Below, piece after piece: positions 11,862 to 21,781 of a stretch of DNA of 64,000 bases (positions are counted from its first letter, which is position 1; the number at the start of each line of letters is the position of its first letter). Location of the stretch: positions 60,140,001 to 60,204,000 of the forward strand of contig NW_027266286.1 in the NCBI RefSeq assembly GCF_022045235.1, given 5' to 3'. This DNA comes from Haliotis cracherodii. Lineage: Eukaryota. The notes beneath the pieces are model-generated. The model was given only the letters and a program-made list of their open reading frames with translations. It searched no databases and was not told the origin of the DNA. Made by a program: the position numbers and the translations under genes.

Positions 11862-13469
11862 CGATGAAGGGGTCATCCTTCTTAGGTCAGGAATACTTGC
11901 GGAGGCTGATTAGGGCGTTTTTGTGTCGAACCCCAAATGAGGGTCACAGTTTGAAAAGTTACCAACTGGCAGTTGTTTTATTATGACCACTGGCAGAGAT
12001 ATATATTCAGGTTTTTATTATTCATGAAGATTGTTTATTCACATCATTGGTCGCAACCTTCCCCTGATAACCAGGCCCTAAGAACAAAGTATCACCTAAC
12101 CTGCAAACGAGATCAATGTAATCTCATTTCCACCCTATCATCGCTACCTGATCGCCGAATTCAGTCACCAATTCCTCTACCCTAGCAATGGTGACGAATT
12201 ATCACGATATAAATAGTGTAATTTTATTTAGGCTTCTTTCAGCATTCATATGTGTAGTCGATCGGTGACCATTCTCAACTGATAAAGACATTTCCAAACT
12301 GTGTAGGGCATGTTCTTGCACGTTATTTTCAAGCTTGCAACAAGTCAACTAATTAACAAGTCCTGCAGTTACCTACATCATCTTAAATGTTCTCCATAAA
12401 TATCATTAAATTTTTTTTGAAATTGTCCTTCCCGTCATCGCCGTCAGCCAAGATCATTTTGAAACACACCGACCAGTAAACCTTGGACGCCACTCTTCAA
12501 CTCTTAGCTATGATAAAGCATGTAAACGTCTTGATAAAGGAACCATCGTATTCGCCTCTTACGAAAACAAATTTAGGTCACTTTTATGTTCCAAGAAATC
12601 TTATTTGCCCTTCCCAGACTATTTTGGAATAAATCATGTTGGGAACAATAAGAGAGATGCCTCTATCTCTCTAAGTTATTCAGCAGCATCCATGTTCATG
12701 GAATTTTTAGAATACCCAAGTTGAAAAACAGGGTGTGGTGCAAGCAAGTGAATGGTTTATGCAGCAGTCTTCAACATAAGCTACACATTACAAGAAAATG
12801 AAATGTTTGATCAATAGCACTGGTAGAGTTCACAAGCCACGCTCTGAAAGTATGTCATTAGGGTACCTATGATAACATGTTCAGAGGGATCTTTGGGCAA
12901 ACATGGACTATTGGTAACCTATTCCTTGATGATTTGTTTAACGCCACACTCAGCAATATTCCAGCTACATAATGTTGGCCTGGAAATAATCCCGGTCTGG
13001 ACCAGACAATGCAGTGATTGATATTGTAAACAATGATTCACGTTGTGAAGGTACGATGACCTGCTATCAACCAAGTCACTTTACCACCTGACCAATTCAG
13101 ACGCTCGAAGACCAGTATAGGTTGCAGGGAACAACCCCATTGCATTAGTTGAGTTTCCACACAGGAGTAACAAAGACATAAATATTGTTATGTCCAGTTT
13201 AGGTGGGTGAAATTGATTATTGCACTTATATAGCGATGTGCATGCGTGTGCGCATGCAGGCCTTGTTTTAGCCCTTTAATGCCGAGTGCCAGACAGGGTA
13301 ACAACAAGTACCATCTTTTAACGTCTTTTGGTATGACGCTGCCGATCCCCGAACCACTTGACCACGGAGGCGGTCTTATGTCCAGTTTAATTTGTCACAT
13401 CTGAAATTAGTGTCGAATAACAAAAACATGAACATTCCCCACAGAAATTTATTTCTCTTTGTACATGTC

Positions 13470-16400
13470 TCACTGGTACCCAAAGCTCTCGATAAGTTGC
13501 TGCTCTTTCTTGACTCTGGGCAGGACATTTTTCTTGGCTTGTTCTCGGAGACGCTGTAACACAAACAGAACTTATCAAACTTCTGTCTGGTCTGCAACAA
13601 CTCCGGCAGCTGACCACAATGGAAAGTTTTACATCACAACTGATTAACGCAGGGGTCATTGGAGTGAGTGAGTGAGTGAGTGAGTGTGTTTGGTTTAACA
13701 CCGCTTTTAGCAATATTCCAGCAATATCATGGCAGGGGGACACCAGAAATGGGCTTCACACATTGTACCCATGTCGGGAATCGAACCCAGGTTTCGGCGT
13801 GACGAGCAAAAGCTTTAACCACTAGGCTACCCAAATGCCCCAGGGGTCATTGTAGTTCCAAAACTATATCTGTCAATATTTATGGGTTTTACACGTTAAG
13901 ATATGCATCAACAGTCCTCAGAAAGTTCTGGTGTATCTTATTAAAAATGAAAATTACATCAGATAATTTTTCACAATTCAATATTTACTTCCATTTTTTA
14001 ATATTGCTGCTTGTCTGCTAAAGAAGCTTTGAACTGTGATCCTAATGTTACAAATTAAAGGGTCAAAAGGTCCTTGATGTTCACAGCTACAGTGAACAAA
14101 AGGACCCCTATTTTTCCTGTCATAATTTTGAACTAAAGATCCAAATGCACTGTAACTAAATGTTATTTAGCACACCCGTTCCTGTCAGTCTCAGCTGGTA
14201 GTGCATGTTGCTATTTTCATCAATATCAATACCAGTTTTTTTTATCATCACTGACTGACAGAGGACCACATGGGGTACACACCAGAAGTAGGTTGGTTGC
14301 CACCGCACTCAGCAATATTCCAGCTATATGATGGCGGTCTGTAAATAATCGAGTCATTCCAGACATTCCAGACAAGACATTCCAGTGATTAATATCATGA
14401 GCATCGATCCATGCAATTGTGATCAATGACATGCATCAACCAAGTCAGCCACCCGATCCTGTGAGTCACCTTTTATGGCATGCATGGGTTGCTGAAGACA
14501 TATTCTACCCCCGAATCTTCACGGGTCACGGTTACGATAGATAACTCTACTAAACTGTGACAACTTACAAGTGTTGACTTCCTCCTCTTGAAGTAATCAT
14601 TTGATTTGACCTTCCTCTTTTCTTCCAGCTTGGCAACCACTCCCTGGTACATCCAGCCAACCTCCTTGGACAGGCGGTCCAGTTGACAGAACTGGAACAC
14701 AACCACATCATCACGACGTATCTTCACTGGCACGAGAACAGTGTCAAAAGTCTGTGCTTGTCTCAGATGGTAGTGCATGTAAAAGCTTTTTTCATCAGCT
14801 TCAAAACGCTATGGGATGAGTAAACATCACAGACAAGCTCTCATAGAAACCATTACCTTAATGCATCAGACTTTTGACAAGGTTGTAAAATGAGGTGGCA
14901 AGCTAATCAGGGATGCAAATTACTGCTAATTACTCCACGAACTATATTTTAGGAGAAAGTAGTCCCTCCATCTTTGCTGGGGGATGTCATAACCTGTTAA
15001 GGATAGGGATATTTACAATCAGCAATATCACAAACACAGTAATTGTTTTTGGTCTGGATCAGGTAAACCAATGAAGATCAAAATCAATCAGGCCACCAGA
15101 AATGGGCTCCACACATAGTATCCATGTGAGAAAACAAACCCGGATTTTCGGTGTGACGAGCAAACACTTTAACCACTAGGCTACCCACCAACCCTCTTAA
15201 CAAGGGAGGATTACAGAAGGCACCAATGTCTTACCCTGCTTGTGGGCTTCAGGCGGAGCACTTTGAGAGCAGAGGGAACAACCTGCCTCTTCATCTTGTC
15301 ATAGGGTCCGGGGATCCCCTCAAACATCTTCAGCTTCCTGAGGGCAGCTTTGCCACGAGGCTGCTTGTGGGGGAGCATACCTGCAAGACAACACGTCGGT
15401 CAGTTGGGGCAAGCAGTGGTTTCTGGAGTGAACCTGGTTGGGAGGGGTGATATTTATGGCCATTGAGCATACGTATCTTCAGTCATGGGACCATGACTGA
15501 CTGGTTGGTCGTTTAATGCCCCACACAGCAATATTCCAGCTATATGACGGGGTCTGTAAATAATCGAGTCTAGACCAGACAATCCAGTGATTGACAACAC
15601 GAGCATTGATCCACGCAATTGGGATCGATGACATGCATCAACCAAGTCAGAGCCTGACCACCCGATCCTGTTAGTTGCCTCTTACGACAAGTATAGTCGC
15701 CTTTTACGGCAAGCATGGGTTGGTGAAGACCTATTCTACCCCGGATATTCAAGGGCCGAGTGAACTTAGTAATAAGCTGTCTCAGATGGTAGTGCATGTG
15801 AAGTGGTTTCATCAACTTCAAAACGCTATGGAATGGTATAAACATCACTGACAAGCTTCAAGTTTACAACAGACATCACTGAATACATAGTGATCAGCAT
15901 GGGACCCTGTTTTGTTTTGTAGGAACATGGTTGCTGGTAAACAAGATTACCATCAAAGTCAGGGCTAGAATTAATTTACTTTCTCAAAAGTCAACCTTTA
16001 CAGAATCAGCACTGGTTACATTTGATCAACTAAGTTTCATGCTTATTTTTCTGATGTTTACTTTGCTGTGTTCATTCAGCACATAATTTGACTTGTAGAC
16101 AACTTCTTATTTTGATTGCCTATATAGACCTCTGTCTACCTAACGTCTATGAAGTGCCTACTCGTACTTCAACCACACAGGGTCTACCTTGGCGATACAT
16201 TATAAATGGCACCACCGAGGACAATGTGACAACAGTTTTCGTGTGTGGTACAGGCATGCTTAATGGGGGTGTTCAATAGCTGTCTCAGATGGTAGTGCAT
16301 GTGAAGTGGTTTCATCAACTTCAAAACGCTATGGGATGGTATAAACATCACTGACAAGCTGTATTTACACTTACTTCTTTGTTAGGCATATAGAAGTTGG

Positions 16401-19400
16401 AGTACTAAGTAAGGATAAGATTTATGGATGAACAACTTCTTTATTACAATTAAGAGCAACGTTTCGGTGTAGGTTGTAACACTGTTGTCAAGCAAGTGAT
16501 ATGTGCATCCATAAATCTTATCCTTATCCTTACTCAATGACAATTAGTTTGATTAATACCACAACAGCATCACCTGATTAAGTTCCTGACTGTGGGACAC
16601 ATTTCCAACATGATTTCTGGTGAGCCCAAAACAAACCACCAAAATCAGCTGAGTTTGACATTTACCCTTGGTTTCAATGTGTGCATGACACAACCTATTT
16701 TTTATTTTTAATCATTATCTAAAACTCTGACATTGGAACATGACTTTAATACATAGTGACTCGAAAGTAAGGGGGGCCTCAAGATCTATGGTATTTGAAT
16801 CTAGTGACCCCCTGACATTCATGCTTATTTCAAATAATGTAAATATATATTCAGGTAAAATTTACCAGTGCATATATTTTTCACTCTTTATCTAACTAGT
16901 TTGTTCTATGTTGGATCTGATATCTACCTTACTGTCCTTAATGTGCATACAGCTTTAAATATACTACTCAAAAGAAGTTAAGGATCACCCCATTCTTTCA
17001 TATTACAATAGTTAATCTCTCATGGCATGACAGATTAACATTACCAATATGAAAGAATCGGGTGATCCTTAACTTCTCTTGAGTAGTATATTAATGATTC
17101 ATGCTGTGACATTTATAATTTGACCTAGAAACTACCTCGATACTGACTGATTAATGTAGCCTTCAGCTACTATTACCTCAAACCTAGGAAATGGCTACAT
17201 GTACTTCATTTGTTTTATGCCAAAGTCTGCAATATTGCAGCCATATTACAAAGTCCCAAAAATAATCAAGCCTGGATCAGACAAAATAGTGATTAGCATG
17301 ATTAGTATAAGAGCAACATCATGTCATCAGATCAGAATGACACAATCAACCCGTCGTCAAGACGACAGACCACCTGACTAAACTTTAATCACCTCTTACA
17401 ATAAGCCACAGAGAAGATAATTAGGTGAAAGATTAAAGATACATGTATCAACACTGAGCACATAATAGTGGCACAAGTGAGTGCTTATGGGGGGGTTCAT
17501 GGCAATTGTTCTATATAGCTGTCTCAGATGGTAGTGCATGTGAAGTGGTTTCATCAACTTCAAAACGCTATGGGATGGTATAAACATCACTGACAAGCTA
17601 TATATCTAAACAATGACAGCAACTTCTAAGAAACAAAGAAATATCAATAATTCAAATACTTCAACCAGTGTTCCCGTTTACCGGTAATTTCACGTTTTTA
17701 ACCGGTAAAATTAGGCTTGGATTGGTAATTCATGTGAATACCAGTCCCTGTGGACCGGCAAAGTACCTTATAAATCCTTGTTGTTTAACAAGACATCAGC
17801 GATATTCATATTACTCAGCAGCGTTAGAAACTGGCACTAGTCCTGTAGTCCTTACCAAACTGCCCAATAGTAAAGGTATCCTAAGGACAAGTAGAAATTG
17901 GCCCATTTTAAGGGTTTTGCTATATGTTATCATTATAAGGACTAGTGGACAAAAACTGTTAGTTTCTAACCCTAAATAGTATATATAGCTGTCTCAGATG
18001 GTAGTGCATGTGAAGTGGTTTCATCAACTTCAAAACGCTATGGGATGGTATAAACATCACTGACAAGCTATATATCTAAACAATGACATCACCTTATAAG
18101 AAATGAAGAAAAATAAATAGCAATAACTCATCTATATGTCCAAAGCAGGGGAGGAATGCTCAGCAGTTTCTATCAGAAAAAGAATATTTTCACAAGTATT
18201 CAATGTAGGTAAGGATAATCATCATATAGAAACTGCTCTGTTCATAAGACGGATCACACTCAAACTCTTACTAAAACTCTATTCTCATTCTACAGACACA
18301 ACTTTGAACATCTGACATTAAATGATTTCACATACCAGGATAAGACTTGATGTAACCAGTCTAAATGGAAAGAAGAGGACATTTAGGAACCATTCCTATG
18401 AGAACTTAAAGTACCTTATTCGACGTAATAAGCGCCCAGGGCGCTCTCAAAATTAAAAATGGTGGGCTCTAATTAGAATTCTATTTTGGTGAAAATGAGA
18501 GAGTTAAAAGATAAATTTCGTGGTTTCAGCTGACAGTCTGAAATGTTTATATACGAGATATACATTTTTCCAGAATTTAATTGTCCATAATTAAGAGTGC
18601 ATATAACACACGAGTGTGTATAATACGCGAATAAATAAGTGTTGTGTACATTGATCTATCGGAAGGGGTGCTAATTGGTATTGTTCATAAGCCAATATAT
18701 TAGCAAATATCGCCGTGGGCGCTTATTAGAGCGGGGCGCTTATTACGTCGAATACGGTATTACATTTTCCTATCTTACAAAAAAAATTCTTTATTCAACA
18801 CAAATGACTTGCTTCTTAATCCCTAACTTCACAAAGAAGATGGTCACTGAATTGATTAACATTCTTATTTTAATGATTCGTTGACTTCATTTCCTCAGTT
18901 TTGTGTTTGTCTTCAGGTTTCGGACAATGTAGGTAAAGTCATCACTGGAAATGATTAGATGGTAGTAGGAATATAAATTACAATTAGTCACCACTTTAGA
19001 CTTCCATATACCTAAGGTTTGTTTTCTATTTACTTCTAGAATCCTGTGAGACTGTCCTCTCATCCCTGCAAAACAGTGTGTGATGAGATATGACCATGAT
19101 TCTTTGAAAGTGACCTACACCTCAGACCTGTCATCAAATCCTACAAAAAAAGAGTCCATAATACCATAGACAAATAACTTTGTTCAAGTTTGGTTGTACC
19201 ATTTCTCCTTCAGATACCGTAACCTCATCTTCCCGAGGCAAGGGAGTTAACTAACTTTAAAAGTCCAGTTTCCATCCTTGCCTCGGGAAGATGCCTTAAC
19301 CTCTGACAATGTGACAACTCCATTCTGACTGCCTCATTAACCCTCCAGCCACCCTAAAGTCACAGGAAATGCCTACTCATAATTTAACCCTTGGGGTCCA

Positions 19401-21724
19401 CCAAGACGATACACTAAAGGCAAACATAGCACAATATGACAACAGTTTAAGTGTGTTGTACAGACAGGGGTTTTTTTGGTGTTCAATAGCTGTCTCAGAT
19501 GGTAGTGCATGTGAAGTGGTTTCATCAACTTCAAAACGCTATGGGATGGTATAAACATCACTGACAAGCTATATATCTAAACAATGACAGCAACTTCTAA
19601 GAAACAAAGAAATATCAATAATTCAAATACTTCAACCAGTGTTCCCGTTTACCGGTAATTTCACGTTTTTAACCGGTAAAATTAGGCTTGGACTGGTAAT
19701 TCATGTGAATACCAGTCCATGTGCACCGGCAAAGTACCTTATAAATCTTTGTTGTTGAACAAGACATCAGCGATATTCATATAAGTATATTTTTCGAAAC
19801 GAAGCCTGCTTGTCTGTTAGTTGAATATCAGGATTTCTCCTTTTCTGTTTTTAGTGCAATGACATAACATTTCAGTTGTTTCGAGGTTAAATATATATTT
19901 GTAGCAACTTAGTCTCAAAACATTTGAAAAACAGAAAATTGTGACTGAACTTTGTGTGAATGATGTGTAGATCGAACTAAGTTACTCCAGAGATGTTGAC
20001 ATTGCACTGAACATGTTGGAAGAATTAAAACCAAATTATTTCTATACATTATTTTAATTGTTAAAAATTGGGACTGACAAAAATAGGGGGGGGGGGGGGA
20101 AGAGAGGGAGAAGGAATAACTGTTAAATTTTTACTGGCAGTTTCAAAAGCCAGTGGGAACACAGTCAACCTGTGAAACAATCTATAAGGGGTCACAAGGA
20201 GCTATTTAGGGAATGCACTGAAGAGGTAATGACCAAGATACCCAAACACTGAATAGCTTCAAATAATGACAGTGGCAGTAGCCGCCGTTACAGGGGTGTT
20301 CAATAGCTGTCTCAGATGGTAGTGCATGTGAAGTGGTTTCATCAACTTCAAAACGCTATGGGATGGTATAAACATCATTGACAAGCTATATATTTTCCCA
20401 ATGGCAATTAGGTTTGCCGCATCACCATGATCACGTGTTAAGACACTTCATCAATAGAGGGTTGTAAATTTAACAGTCAGGATGCAAAATGCCAGTAATA
20501 TATGGAGTTCTGTAGCTGCCTACTTAGACAAACCCATCTAAAAGTCCTTCAAATTATGACTTCTTGACATGCAACTTAACAGCCACAGCATTGCCCATGA
20601 GCAAATGTTTCAATTACAAACACCATGGCTGGATTTTCTAGTAAACACAAGACTGAACTGTCAAGATGTGTCATCACAATTTGATTGGACGTCTATTTTT
20701 AGCATGTCATTAAAAGAATGGATCCAGAGTATATATCATATTAGAATGGAGATATGATACACTGGATAATTGAGAATAGAGGTCCTGATTGACATACTAG
20801 AAGTAGATATTTTAACAAGGTTTAGTTAATCAGCAGTTTCTATCAGAATAAGAATATTTTCACAAGTATTCAATGTAGGTAAGGATAATCATCATTTAGA
20901 AACTGCTGGTCGTAAGAAGTAACACAATGAGACACTGCAACAAAAACTTCTCAACAATGTCCATACTCGTTCCTTCAATTTTAACGAATAATTGAATGAA
21001 CTTATGTGTACAACAGATCCATATTAAAGTTAAAGAATTTGGTCAACTTTCCTAAAACCTAACTTAAAATGGATCATTATTTAAATTGCAGACCCAGTAA
21101 TGAAAAACTACAAGCATTATCAAGCACAATGTTTTTTTGAAAGAAACAGTGTTAACCACCAGGAGAGGCAACTGTCATGTGTCACATTTTAAAAACAATA
21201 TTCAGGGCTTGATGTTAGGATCTTGATTTAACTTACTAGCACCAAGTGCATGTTGACAAACAACCTTGTTGCACCAGAAGAAAACAGGTGCCCCCTGGTC
21301 CCAGAAATCTATCAAATAATCCTGAAGTACCCGAGTTGGATGTCAAGCCCCCAAAAGCATGACAAGTTACACATAACAGGGATTATTAACGTAGGTAAAG
21401 AAGGTTTAGAGGTATAGAATGTGTTCAGAGAAACAAATATTAGGTTGCACTGGTGCATATTTTATATAGCTTAATCGAGCCCGGCTATCCGTAATTTCAA
21501 ATACTTCCTTCACAATTGAGGTAAGGTAATCTTAAATCCACACAAATATCTCGTTTATATCATCTTATTGCATACCTATTTGTTAGCTACTAAGCTACTA
21601 CAGAAGAATGCACAAAGATGGCCAGTGCGTGGATCAAATATCCTTTAAGTAATGTCATTTCCTCAGTTTTGTGTTTGTCTTCAGGTTTCAGACAATGTAG
21701 GTAAAGTCATCACTGGAAATGACT

Positions 21725-21781
<57 letters not shown>

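Noticed and set aside
14862-14916. Possible extra C/D snoRNA (GCATC..CTGATGC stem, TTTACAACC shared with ~20417-20485)
   Set aside because: Too short, no convincing box C, no recognised target.
14473-19567. Repeated small ORFs [26 protein letters not shown]
   Set aside because: Translations of the snoRNA copies.
15775-20387. Identical repeats with unique spacers resembling a CRISPR array
   Set aside because: Eukaryotic intron, 83-bp units with C/D boxes, spacers of 0.4-1.4 kb, no cas genes.
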